This document shows positions 26,101 to 40,715 of a DNA stretch of 64,000 nt, piece after piece. The first letter of the stretch is position 1. Every line of letters begins with the position of its first letter. Under the pieces are notes generated by a model, which saw only the letters and a program-made list of their open reading frames with translations, did no database searches and was not told where the DNA came from. A program made the translations under genes and the position numbers. The DNA comes from Mobula birostris. Taxonomy: Eukaryota. The stretch lies in NCBI RefSeq assembly GCF_030028105.1, contig NC_092370.1:75008098-75072097 (forward strand), written 5' to 3'.

Positions 26101-28141
26101 GTAACGATATATATGCACTTCAGTTGACCAGACATAGAAATTTATAGACCAATGGCTGCTAAATGGGATTGGTGCAGATGAGTACTTGATAATCAGCATA
26201 GATATGGTGGATGAAAAGGATTGCTACTGTGCTGTGTGACTGAGCTGTCCAGCTGTCCAACCTACATAGAGATTGATTCTGGTATCATGAGTCAGGACTG
26301 GACACAGATCAACCAAGTGGGTAGGATGATAGAGTGCAAAATGTAAGTAGGTATCTCCAGTGCAGAAACCAGATTTCTATACACCTCATCTTTCATGGAG
26401 AAAACTTCTTCCTCCAGTTAATGACAGCAGGGTGGGTAACTCAGAGCAACACTTTAAGAGGGAGCACATACAGCCTCATTGAACAGGGCTATTTCACTCT
26501 CAACTATTTGGGGGGGGGCATTTGCAGCCTCTTAAAACAAGGCCATTGCTCTCCTACAAGAGGATTAATTGCAACCACCACAAACTATGTCACCTCATAC
26601 TTATAGACTTAGAGCATGGAATCGAATTCTTTGACTCACTGAATCAGTGCCACTCATCACAACCAATTTATACTAATCCTACATTAATCTACTTTTTAAA
26701 AATTTGCCTCACATTTTCATCAGATTCCCCCGGTTTCTATCCCTCACCTACATAAAGGGTACATATTAAGGACAATTTACAGTGATCAATTAATGTACCA
26801 ACCTATGTGCCTTTGAGATGTAGGAGGAAGCTCACATGCTCACAGAGAGAATGCGCAAACTCAATACAAACAACACTGGAGGTCAGATTGAACCTGGGTT
26901 TTGACATATAGCTGTGGCCCTTGTAGCTACACCACTACTGCCAGCTCTGTGAAAGAGGAAAATACAGTTTCTGAGAACAGAACCATTTCATTGCTTACCA
27001 TGACCCAGATCTACTGTTAAATTCACTGCATCTAATCATGGCCATTCTTGCCCATCAGATGCATTAATACGATTTTATTGACTCCAGAAATAGAACTTCA
27101 ATTATGAATTCCTCCCACTTCCTACTTGTTACCCCTGAACTTTTCAAACAGACCATTTTCAGTCTCGTACACTGAAGAATATAAACCTTCTTATGCATTC
27201 AGATTCACTTATCACATGTACATTGAAACATACAGTGAAACGAATTGTTTGTATGAACAGCCAACAAAACCTAAGGATGTGCTGTTGGCAGTTCCTAAGT
27301 GCCTCTGCGCATTCTGGCGCCAGCATAGCATGGCCACCAAGTTCGCCGAATGCATAAGCAACAACGATAACAGAGAAATGAACCAGTTACCTCCCTCTGA
27401 CCCACCCTCTAGTCCTAGGGTAAGACTTCTCTAGTCTCCAGCAGATTCTAGGATCCACAGACATTGGGCCTTCGACTTCCCCAGTGAACTTGCAGACCCA
27501 GATTTTCAGCCATTAAGCCTCGATTTCTGGTCTTCTGATTGACCTTCGAGCTTCATTCTTCGCTATTGAGCTCGGGACTTGCCAATGATGACAAATGAGG
27601 GAGGATCCTGGATGATAACCCTGAACTCCAGGCCTCAAACTCTGGATTTGCCAATGATGGGATCCTGAACACTAGGCCTTGAATTCTGGTCTGGCCATCT
27701 CATGTACCTAGGGAATCACTGGCCCTCACAGAAATTCAATCCCGGAACTCGCACTCAACTCACTGACCTGGGTAGGGGGCACCAGACTTCATCCTTGATG
27801 GCCTGCCAGCCCAATATCTGACCACAAATATCTTTCCTCCTGTGTCTATATCATTGGCCTTCTAACACCTAGGCTCTGGCCTGACTTCTAATTCCTCAAT
27901 ATCTCTGTTCCTGAACCCGAACCTGATCCCCAGCTCCCCTCTCTGTCCCCAAAACCATCCTGTCAAACCTGAATCATAACTAATTCAGAACCACTATCTT
28001 GAAGGAGACTGCATATTAAGCAAATTCTTAGCCGATCTAGTAAAACCGGTTCTATGAACTTTAACCTATCAATCACTTTTGAAATTATTCACTGGGGGGA
28101 GATTTAATTAAACCATCTGCTGAATAGACTAAAATAATGCA

Positions 28142-29297
28142 AACAACAGGAATTCTGCAGATGCTGGAAATTCAAGCAACACACATCAAAGTTGCTGGTG
28201 AACGCAGCAGGCCAGGCAGCATCTGTAGGAAGAGGTGCAGTCGACGTTTCAGGCCGAGACCCTTCGTCAGGACTAACTGAAGGAAGGTTGAGTAAGGGAT
28301 TTGAAAGTTGGAGGGGGAAGGGGAGATCCAAAATGATAGGAGAAGACAGGAGGGGGAGGGATGGAGCCAAGAGCTGGACAGGTGATTGGCAAAAGGGGAT
28401 ACGAGAGGATCATGGGACAGGAGGTCCGGGAAGAAAGACAAGGAGTGGGGGGGGACCCAGAGGATGGGCAAGAGGTATATTCAGAGGGACAGAGGGAGAA
28501 AAAGGAGAGTGAGAGAAAGAATGTGTGTATAAAAATAAGTAACAGATGGGATACGAGGGGGAGGTGGGGCCTAGCGGAAGTTAGAGAAGTCGATGTTCAT
28601 GCCATCAGGTTGGAGGCTACCCAGACGGAATATAAGGTGTTGTTCCTCCAACCTGAGTGTGGCTTCATCTTTACAGTAGAGGAGGCCGTGGATAGACATG
28701 TCAGAATGGGAATGGGATGTGGAATTAAAATGTGTGGCCACTGGGAGATCCTGCTTTCTCTGGCGGACAGAGCGTAGATGTTCAGCAAAGCAGTCTCCCA
28801 GTCTGCGTCGGGTCTCGCCAATATATAAAAGGCCACATCGGGAGCACCAGACGCAGTATATCACCCCAGTGGACTCACAGGTGAAGTGTTGCCTCACCTG
28901 GAAGGACTGTTTGGGGCCCTGAATGGTGGTAAGGGAGGAAGTGTAAGGCCATGTGTAGCACTTGTTCCGCTTACACGGATAAGTGCCAGGAGGGAGATCA
29001 GTGGGGAGGGATGGGGGGGACAAATGGACAAGGGAGTTGCGTAGGGAGCGATCCCTTTGGAATGCAGAGGGGGGGGGAGGGAAAGATGTGCTTAGTGGTG
29101 GGATCCCGTTGGAGGTGGCGGAAGTTACGGAGAATAATATGTTGGACCCGGAGGCTGGTGGGGTGGTAGGTGAGGACCAGGGGAACCCTATTCCTAGTGG
29201 GGTGGCGGGAGGATGGAGTGAGAGCAGATGTACGTGAAGTGGGGGAGATGCGTTTAAGAGCAGAGTTGATAGTGGAGGAAGGGAAGCCCCTTTCTTT
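28142..29297 (-). mobile_element. Penelope-like retroelement, 5'-truncated (GIY-YIG endonuclease plus terminal repeat)
   Basis: ORF 28571..29311: FTCESTGVIYCVWCSRCGLLYIGETRRRL..EH..VATHFN..GMN; 10-bp TSD AAATAATGCA (28132-28141 and 29298-29307). Confidence 0.9.
28239..28274 (-). ncRNA. Minimal type I hammerhead ribozyme in the Penelope terminal repeat
   Basis: AGTC-CTGACGA-AGGGTCTCGGCCT-GAAAC-GTC-GACT: stem I AGTC/GACT, CUGANGA and GAAA cores, GUC triplet, loopless palindromic stem III. Confidence 0.75.
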
Positions 29298-29429
29298 AAA
29301 TAATGCATCATTAGGTGATAGTGAACGTGGTTATCAGGATTTGCAGAAAGGTCTTGATCAACTCGGTAAGTGGGCTGAAGAATGGCAAATTGAGTTTAAT
29401 TCAGAAATGTGAGTGTTGAATTTTGGGAA

Positions 29430-32400
29430 GGTAGGTGAGGGAACTTAGAGCAGCGGCCAATCAGAGAGATCGAAAACCTGAGAAGACGTATTTCACTCAG
29501 GTTCGCCGATCGAATAGAAAATGCAGCAAATCGCAGCAGTTTTGGAGCTTTCAGTAGTGGCTAATCAGCATTCAGGATTTATTAGCAAGAACAAATTAAA
29601 GTAAGACAAGGGCAAATGGAGCAAAAATCTACTTAACAGCTTATTTTTGCCTTTTCTGACTGACATCTTGAAAGCTAAAGCCCCAAAATCTCCACTGGGG
29701 GAGCTGCATCATCGCAGCTGCCATGGTTGTAGTGGTCAGAGTGAGAGAGAAGATGTTGAGACTTTCCAGGCAGGACTGTGGAATGTTCCTCTTATGGGAT
29801 GAGGGAAGGCAGAGGTGAAGTCTCTGACACTGAGTCTGATTCTTCGATTCAGAAGAGAAGGGTGGAGAAGAAGTGAGCTGTGAGGATAGGGGATTTGTTA
29901 TTTAGGGGAACAGAGGGGAGGTTCTATGGATGAGAACAAGATTCCTGGATGGTATATTGCCTCCAGGGTGCTAGGGTCAGGGACATCTCAGATCGAGTCC
30001 TCAGCATTCTTATATGGGAGGGAGAACAGCCAGAGACTGTGGTCCATGTAGGCACCAATCACATAGGTATAAGAGTGACGAGGTTCAGCAAACTGAGTTC
30101 AGGGAGTTAGGTGCTAACTTAAAGAGCAGGTCTTCCAGGGTTGTGATCACAGGATTACTACCCATGCCACATGTTAGTGAGGCCAGAAAAACAAAGATTA
30201 TGCAGTTTAACACATGGCTAAGGAGTTGGTTTAGGACAGGGAGCATAAGATCTTTAGGTCATTGGGCTCTCTTCCAGGGAAGGTGAGACCTGTACAGAAA
30301 AGAAGGTTTGCACCTGAACTAGAAGGGGACTAATATCCTAGCGGAAAGGTTTGCTAGTGCTGCACAGTGGGGTTTAAACTAAATTTGCAGGGGATAGGAA
30401 CTAGAGTGCCAAAACAGTTAGTAGAGAGGTTGTGGAAACAGAAGACCTTAGACAAAGTCAGGGATCAAAAAGTTGAGCATAGTGTGACTAGTGTCCCTAG
30501 CTGCTTATATTTTAATGCAAGAAGTTTTGTAGGAAAGGTGGATGAGCTCAGGTATAGAATTATGATATTGTAGCCATTAATGAGACTTGGTTGCAGAAGG
30601 GGCAGGACTGGCAGTTCAATATTCGAGGTTCTGTTACTTTATACGTGATAGAGGGGGAAGGATTAAAGGAGGAGGGATGGTGTTACTAGTCAGAAAAATG
30701 TCATAGCATTGCTGAGTCAGGACAGACTGGAGAACTTATCTATACAAGACCATATGACCATTAGACACAAATTAGGCCATTTGGCCCATCAAGTCTGCTC
30801 CACCATTCAATCATGGCTGATTCTTTTCTCCTCTCCTCAACCCCATTCCCTGGCCTTCACCCCGTAACCTTTGATGCCATGTCCAATCAAGAACCTATCA
30901 ATCTCTGTCTTAAATATACCCAGTGACCTGGCCTCCACAGCTGCCTGTGGTAACAAATTCACCACCCTCTGGCTAAAGATATTTCTCTGCATCTTTGTTT
31001 TAAATGGACGCCCCTCTATCCCGAGGCTGTGCCCTCTTGTCCTAGACTTCCCCACCATGGAAAACATCCTTTCCACATCTATTCTGTCTAGGCCTTATTA
31101 ACATTCGAAAGGTTTCAACGAGATCCCCCTCATACTTCTAAATCCCAGCGAATACAGACTCAGAGACATCAAACGTTCCTCGAATGATAACCCTTTCATT
31201 CCCAGAATCATCCTTGTGATCTGCCTCTTGGACCCTCTGCAACGCCAGCACATCTTTTCTGAGATGAGGAGTCCAAAACTGTTCACAATAATCAAGGCAA
31301 GGCCTTGCCAGTGCTTTATAAAGCCTCAGCATCACTTCCCTGCTCTTGTATTCAAGCCCACTTGAAATGAATGCTCACATTGTATTTGCCTTCCTCACCA
31401 CTGACTCAACCTGCAAGTCTAGTGAGGCATTACAGGTGGATCTGAGAAGTAAGAAGGGTAAAACCATGTTAATAGGGCTATATTATAGATCATCCAACAG
31501 TCCATGAAATTTAGAGGAACAAATTTGTAAAGAGATCACAGACTGTTGCAAGAAACACGTGGTCGTTACAGGAGGTGATATAACTTTCCACATATTGGCT
31601 GGGATTCCTATACCATAAAATGACTAGATGGGATAGAGTTTGTCAAATATGTTCAGGAAATTTTCCTTAATCAGTATGTAAAAGTTCCAACAAGGGAGTG
31701 TGCGATACTTGATCTGATATTAGGGAATGAGACAGGGCAGGTATCAGAAGTTTGTGCAGGGTAACACTTCACATCTTGTGATCACAATGTCATTAGTTTT
31801 AAAGTAAATATGCAAAAAGATAGGACTGGTCTGTGGATTGAGATTCTAAATTGGAGAAAAGTCAATTTTGATGGTATCAGAAGGATCTGGCAAGCGTGGA
31901 TTGGGACAGGCTGCTTTCTGGCAAAGATCTACTTGGTAAGTGGAAGCCTTCAAAAGTGAAAATTTGAGAGTACAAAGCTTGTATGTGTTTGTCAGAGCAA
32001 AAGGTAAAGATAACAAATGTAGGGAATCTTGGTTTTCAAGAGATATTGAGGCCCTTGTTAAGAAAACAAAAGGAGGTGCATATCAGGTATAAGCAGGTAG
32101 GAAGAAATGAGGTGCTTATGGAGTATAAGAAATGCAAAGTACGCTTAAGAAAAATCAGCAGGGCTGAAAGGTGGCATGAAGTTGCCTTAGCAGACAAGGT
32201 GAAGGAGAATCCTCAGGGATAATAGATAGGTTAAGAGCAAAAAGATTACAAGGGACAAAATTAGCCCTCTGTAAGATCAGAATGGTAATCCATGTGTGGA
32301 ACCAAAACAGATGGGGGAAGATCTTAAATAATGTTTTTGCATCTGTATTTACTCAGGAGATAGACACAGCTTATAGAAGTGAGGCGAAGGCAAAGCGGGA

Positions 32401-33530
32401 TCACCTTTATGGACCCTATACAGATTACAGTGGAGGCAGTGTTTGCTGTCCTGAGACAAATCAGGGTAGATAAATCCCCAAGGCCTGACAAGGCGTTCCC
32501 TCAGACCTTATGGGAAGCAAGTGCAGAACTTGCCAGGGCCCTAGCATCCTTAGGAACAGGAGAGGTACCAGAGGATTGGAGGATAGCTAATGTTGTTCCG
32601 CTGTTTAAGAAAGGCTCAACATAAAGCAGGAAATTATAGACCAGTGAGTCTGACATTAGTAGTGGGAAAGTTATCGGAAGATATTCTAAGGGATTGGATA
32701 TATGAGTATTTGGATAGACAGGGACTGATTAAGGATAGTCAGCATGGCAGGTCAAGTCTAACTGCCCTTAAGAGTTTTTCAAGGAAGTGGATGAAGGCAA
32801 GGTATTTGACAAGGTCCCACATGGGAGGTTGGTCAAGATGGTTCAGTCGCTCAGCGTTCAAGATGAGGTAGTAAATTGGATTAGACATTGGCTTTGTGGG
32901 AGAAGCCAGAGAGCGGTAGCAGTTGGTTGCCTTGCTGCCAAGAAGCCTATGACTAGTGGAGTGGTGCAGGGATTGGTGCTGGGTTGTTTGTCATCTTTAT
33001 CAACAATCTGCATGATAATTTGGTTAACTGCTTCAGCAAATTTTCAGATGACACCAATATTGGAACTGTAGTGGACAGCAAGGAAGACTATCATGGCTTG
33101 CAGAGGGATCTGTATCAGCTGAAAAAATATTTAACACAGACAAGTGCAAGGTTTTGCACTTCTGTAGAACCAACCAGGATAGATCTTCCGTAGTGAATGG
33201 CAGGGGTTGAGGAATATTGTAGAATTAATGCATCAGGGACTACAGCTCTATAACTTGTTGAAGTGATAGGATCGTAAAGAAAGTTTTTGGTACAATAGCC
33301 TTGCATAAATCAAAGTATTGTGTACAGGAGATAGGATATGTTAAACATTCATAACAATATGGTGGTGAGACCTAATTTGAAGTATTGTGTGTAGTTTTAG
33401 TAGTGGTGTACAAACTTATGAAAGGTATAGATGAGGTAAATGCAAGCAGGCTTTTTCCAGAAGTAGAGTTCATGAGTTATGGGTGAAAGATGAAAAGTTT
33501 AAGGGGAAATTTCTTTACTCAGGAGGGTCA
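29430..33530 (+). mobile_element. Near full-length decayed CR1 LINE (esterase-type ORF1, APE-RT ORF2) with a nested minus-strand CR1 at ~30750-31417
   Basis: RVVITGLLP..QFNTWLRSW (ORF1); YFNARS, NYRPVSLT, KFSDDTNI (ORF2). Confidence 0.82.
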
Positions 33531-34784
33531 TGAGTGTGTGCGTGTTGTTTTGTTTTTCCACACCATTCGCTACAAGCTGTGTTGCATGAAAATCCCAGAT
33601 CAGCAGTTTCTAAGATACTCAAACCACACCATCTGGCACCAACAATCACTCTACCATCAGTCACTTAGGTCACATTTCTTCCCCATTCTAATAGCCATAT
33701 CTGTATGTTTTTATGCATTAATTACTGCCAACTGATTGGCTGGTTATTTACATTAACAAGCAAATACACAGGTGTACCCAAAAAACAAGTGGTCACTGAT
33801 TGCATTTCACTGAAAGTAGTGTCACAGCTAAGAGTGTGAAGGTGGCTCCTGTCACAATGGCCTTCATCAATCAGAAGTTGGGGTGTTACATAGCAGTTGT
33901 ACTAGACACTGGCGACACCAGATTTTGGAATATTATGTTCCGCTTTGATCACTCTGTGATAGAAAAGATGCCATTAAGCTGGAAGGAGTGCATTTAAAAC
34001 ATTCTTGGACAGGTACATGGATGGAAATGTGCTAGAGGATTATGGGCCAAACAGGACTAGCCTAGATGGGAATCTTGGTGGGCCTGGAACCCCGGGGTCT
34101 TATGATCAAGTGCTCTTGGTGTTTTTTTTCTGCAAATGAAAAAGAGCACCATTCTTGTTTTCCACCATAACCATTTGCTCTAAGACTTTTCTTGCTACAC
34201 AGCGTAGTATCTATGAACCAAATTTACTGCATCTTCAGGTAAATAGACCTAACAGCCAGAGAACAAAGGATTATTTTGACTAATTGCTAAGAAGGGTTTT
34301 GATGGTTCTACTCTCCCATCTCTACCAAGGCAGATTAAAACAGGCCACAGCTGCCTATTAATTTGCAGACAACTTGTTATGTCAAGCCTTTGATTGATTG
34401 CACATCACATTCAGAGAGGCTTTGACTAAAGTACTGCTTGATTAAAGCAAGATGAGGAGCCTTGATGGGGTACAAAGCCAAGGTATTTTCTCTTGTGGAG
34501 GAATCTAGGGCTGGAGGTAGGGAGGGTGGGGGGGAATCATATACTAAAATAATTTTAATCTATGTATGCTCTTTTGTTTTAGAGAAGCTATGTTTTTTTT
34601 TAAAAAACCATTCACTTGGAACAAATGTCTAGTCTGAGGTGCCACTTCACAACTTTCCTACAGTGAGAGAAATACTGAGAAGGGTTTAAGTGCAATTACT
34701 TATAGTGGACTTAGACTGAAGTACATTTCTGGAAAAGGTGGTGAGATACAGTAACAGTAACTAGACATGTTGTTCAAATGCATT

Positions 34785-34790
34785 TTTATT
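34785..34790 (-). terminator. Polyadenylation signal AATAAA of actin A
   Basis: About 500 nt after the stop, in a motif shared with copy B; U/GU-rich sequence downstream. Confidence 0.6.
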
Positions 34791-35286
34791 AAATGTTTTG
34801 CAATAACAAATATTTTGCAACCTTTTCCAGCAGAGATGAAAACTTTCATGAGATGATTCTCATTCCCCAGAAACCCAAACTCCCAGGGCAATTGTGTATT
34901 GTCCCATTCTGCTCAAGACAACTGTCAAAGCAAAAATGAAAACAGTCACTTTCCTAATTCACAATTTGATACCAGATGTAGGAGGGCAAACCAGAGGGAT
35001 TTTTGTCCTTTAAATTCACTCACGTTTGTGTACTGTAAGAGGCCTATCTATCTAGTAGCTGGAAATCAATATTGTTTCTCCCAAGTATCTTAATATTTTA
35101 GGATTGTGAGCAACCCAACCATTCTTGAATCAGATCTAGAGTTGTCACTAAAACTTACATCATAACCACAAAGGCCTAACAAAATTCAAGTTAACTGGGC
35201 AGGCAATATTTGGAGAAATGAGAATGAAAAGGCAACATTTCCATCTCAATCTAATCAAGGTTAAATCAGTTCTAATCTCCAATGAA

Positions 35287-36291
<1,005 letters not shown>

Positions 36292-37189
36292 CTAGAATGG
36301 AAAAATGGGACAAAGGATGATTTAAAGTTCAGCCAAGACCTTTTGAGCAACTGGAGAATTAATAAGCAGAAGAGACAGTAGTTCTCTTGCTAATCGATAC
36401 AAATAGAAGCTCTTGTTAATCTTTGTAACAAGGCATCTTTTAAAAAGAGGGTCATCTGGAATGCAGTAATACAACACTTGTTAGAGACATACCAACTACT
36501 CACAAGGAAATGGGAATGGATCTGTTTGTTGATTTGTCTTTCAGGGATTGTCACTGAGGGAATGTTTTGGAATTCATTGGCCTTCCAAATGGCTTGACCA
36601 TGACACAAGATAATACTGTACCACGAGTGGTCCTTTGTGCTCTTGAACCCAAGCCTCATCTACTACCATGTGTTTACAAGATCTCCATTGTGAATAATAT
36701 TGCTGCCCTAAAAGCCAGCAATATAACAGGCATTTGATGATTGAGATTTATAGTAAGGGGCAAATCTGTTTCTCAGGCCATAATATCAGTTTTTCATTGC
36801 CATATACAACTATCTACTACCTTTATGCAGAGCTGAAGTTGTGGTACAAGACAAATCTTAATCTAGACTGCACTTGCTGTGAAGGGTGACAGAGGAAGAA
36901 AGGGCAACTTTGCTATATTTGCACAGCTCTTTCAGCAAATGCTGGGCATGGGGTTTGGAGAAGACAGGCAAGTATGGTCAATGTGCAGTCAGTAATCTCA
37001 AACCACTTTCTTCAGAGGCAATTCAAAACTAAGCCTACACAGGTCAAATAGGAAGAGGTCAGAACTTTGTTACCAGAAAGTTAGAAAATTTATGCAAAAA
37101 TCATGGAGGTCTAGAACACAGTCTGAAGGGTAGAGGCTAAAAATCTTCACTATTATATCTGAGTGTCAATTTTGTGATAGTCAAGGAAC

Positions 37190-37680
37190 CAGAGTTATAC
37201 AGCATGGAAATAGGCCCTTCATTCTAACTTGTCCATGCTAACAAAGATGTCTATCTGAGCTAGATCCCATTCCCCATGTGTGGCCACTATCCCACTAAAC
37301 CTCTATGCACACATTTATCCAGCTACCTGGAAGCCCATTCCAAATACACACTTTACTCTGGTGAAGTTTCCCCATAGGATCCCATTTGTATCTCTCTTCA
37401 CACTTTAAACCCATGACCTCCAAGTTTTAAACTACCCTATTCTGGGGTAAAAACTGACCTTTCGTGCCTTTCATCATTTTATACCCCCATAGTCACCCCT
37501 CTGCTCTTGTATTTCAGCAAAATCAGTCCCAGCCCATCCCATTTTTCCTTACAACTCAAGCTCTCCAATCCCTGCACCACCCTTGTGAATTTTTTCTGCA
37601 TCCCTTCCAGCTTAATGATATCCTTCTAATAGTTACCTAAATCAAAGTTTCAATATTTCAAGTGTGATTTCACCCAACAG
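37190..37680 (-). mobile_element. Old CR1 3' fragment in the actin A intron
   Basis: Degenerate similarity to the CR1 3' ends elsewhere in the window. Confidence 0.55.
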
Positions 37681-40514
37681 CTTTGATGGTACAGCCTGTT
37701 TGGCACAAGCACTCATCATCTTTCACGCCACCCTAGTCCACCAATTACTTCATACTCTTGTCTCAGCAAACCCTTTCTCTTTATACTGGCCACCTCCCCT
37801 CTCATCTCCCAATCCTGATGCAGGATTTTGACCCAAAATTCTGACAGTTCCCCCACCCCACCACCTCAAATCAGATTACTTGTTGTTGCAGATTTACCAC
37901 TTGCAGTCTCATCTTGCCAGGCTCTGGTACAGTTGTAACATGAAATTACAACTCTTGTATACAGAGCCCTGACCAATGAAGATAAGTATACCAAACACCT
38001 TCACCACACTACCCATGTTGCCACTTCCAAGGCACTGAGGGAAGCCTGGCAGAACAGTGTTTTTCCAGTGCCTGACAAATTCTACTCCATCAATGGAAAA
38101 TGATTTGTACTTGTCAAAGCTGGCATTCATTTGGCTGGTTGACAGTAGAGGATGCTGATTGAACACATCTAAGTATTGTTTTTAAAATGGATCACTGGGT
38201 GATCCATAAATCTGATGGTCTCACTTAAAGGATATGGGGAGAAAGCAGGAGATTAGGGCTGAGAGGAAGTGGTGGAGCATACTTGATGGGCCAAATGGCC
38301 TAATTCTGCTCCTATATCTTATGATCTTGTATAGACAACACAGAAACAGGCTGTTCAGCCCATTGTGAAAATAATGACCTTCAACAAGCTACTTGTACAG
38401 GCAGCAGTGAGTCAGGATTGAGTCACTGGAACTGTGAGGCAGCCACAACAGTCAATTCCATAATTGGTGAAACAAAAGTCTTAGATTAAATTAGTTTATG
38501 ATGGGGCAAGATAAGGAGGGAACTTTGTACTGAAATTAATTTGATGAGTTGACTCTCTCCACCACCCCTCCTTCCACTTTTACTACTGGTCAGGGTCACC
38601 TTGAATATATTGCACACAAATTAAAGTAACTATTGTATATCATATTGTAGTTTATAAACTCACTATCACTAACGTGGTGAACTGCTATACAATTTCCTGC
38701 CGCCATGTATTGTTACTTATTAAGCAGGATGTCAATTCTTAGACAAAAGATTGGCAAGTCAGCCCTGATAGAAAGTTCCAAACTTTGAAGGAATTTGAAG
38801 ATTAAAATAATCATACTAGCATTACACACTGTGCTGTGCATTACAGATGTTACATTGTTCACAATGACTAATTAGATTTTCATTCACTGCACTGGCAAAA
38901 GAATCTATTGCTTTTTCAAAAAAGCAACATTCACTGGATGTGGGTGTCACAGGCACAAGCCATCATTTAATGCTTTATTACCCTGCAGCCTTCTGGTCTC
39001 CCGTTCAATTTTAGATAGGTTACTGTTCTTATTTACACAAGACACCTATTGTTTTTGGTCTTTTTACCACTGCCTTTCCTGCTCTGTACCCAACACAGAC
39101 CTCCCATTGTTCTCTCCTTTCATTTGCATCTTAACATCTCATTATATTTCCTAGTTCTGAAAAACCCAGAGCTAAAACATTAACCATTTCTCTCCATAGA
39201 TACAGCCCAATTTGCAAAAAATTTCCAACAATTTTTAGATTTTGTATGTGCTGAAATGGCAGGATTCGTATTTTTCCATTCCAGGACAAAAGTCACACTA
39301 ATTGAGATGGGAAGGCCTTTACAAAGGGATATTTAGTGAACCAGGTAAAATGTTAGTATACACAAAAAAACAGGAAAAGCTGATCCAATGGCAACTCAAA
39401 TGTATGGCAAGCAACTTATCCCATTGCTTATCATTTGTCTACTTTTGCCTTAAACATATTCAGAATCTCTGCTTCCACCACTCCCAAGAGTTCTAATAAT
39501 TAACCAGCCTGAAATCCTATCTCACATCTTTGATGTGCAACCCACAAAATCTAGATTCTTCCAGAGGAAATATGTCCACATCGATTCAGTTAAGATGCCT
39601 CAGATCCTTGAGTTTTATGTATCCTGTCATTTTACAGAACTCCTGAAAAATACATTTCTAAGGTATCTAACTATTTTCACGTTGCAATTAGCCTATTGTA
39701 ACCTTAATTTTTGAATGTAAATAGCCTCCTTAAACAAGGAAATTATTACTGCTTAGTACTTCAATTGCTACCTCGCCAGTGCCTTGTAATAACAGAAACA
39801 TAACCTTTCCAATTTTGTACTTTATACCCTTGGAAAAAACGTAGTTGTTCACTTCCTTCGTTACTTATTCACATGCAAATGCAGCCCTTTGTTAGTCCCT
39901 TAATTCTGTTGCTACACAAAAGATCCATTCAATTTCGACGTTGCGTTAGAGAGCCTCCCCTTCAATTGTTCCATTCCTTTCAACGCCATCACTAAGCAAG
40001 GGCAAGGAAGGGTTAATATATTCCAGATCTACCCAGTACTGGTCCTCAAAATCGGGGAATAAGAACCAGCAAAAAAAAAACCCTAGATTAGAGCAACACA
40101 CACAAAATGCTGGAGGAACGCAACTAGTCAGGCGGAAGAAAGCACAAGCCCAAATCCCCCTTTCCTCTCCATACATGTTGCCTGACATGTTAAATTCTTA
40201 TTGTATTTCCATCTACAGAATCTCTTGTCTTTAAGACTCCATTAGAAAGAGTCAACATACTTTCACGCATAATTAAACAAGACAATACCATCCCAAACAC
40301 ATTAATCCCATGGAATCCATGATCCAGTTTACGAATACCACCCAAATAAAGCGCCATAATTGGGTTGGGCCATTCACCCACCGGCACCGCACTCACTCAT
40401 TACACTGAACCATCCTCTCCCAATAAGATTCCGATACTTAGTTTACTCTCCAATCTCTTCCACTGCAAGCAATTCATTACAAAAAGCCGACAATCAACTC
40501 AAGATGAAGGGTCA

Positions 40515-40715
<201 letters not shown>

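Noticed and set aside
28104-28777. Low-complexity Pro/Leu/Ser or Gly/Arg ORFs here and at 45256-45730 and 50597-51192
   Set aside because: Translations of purine/pyrimidine-biased Penelope terminal sequence
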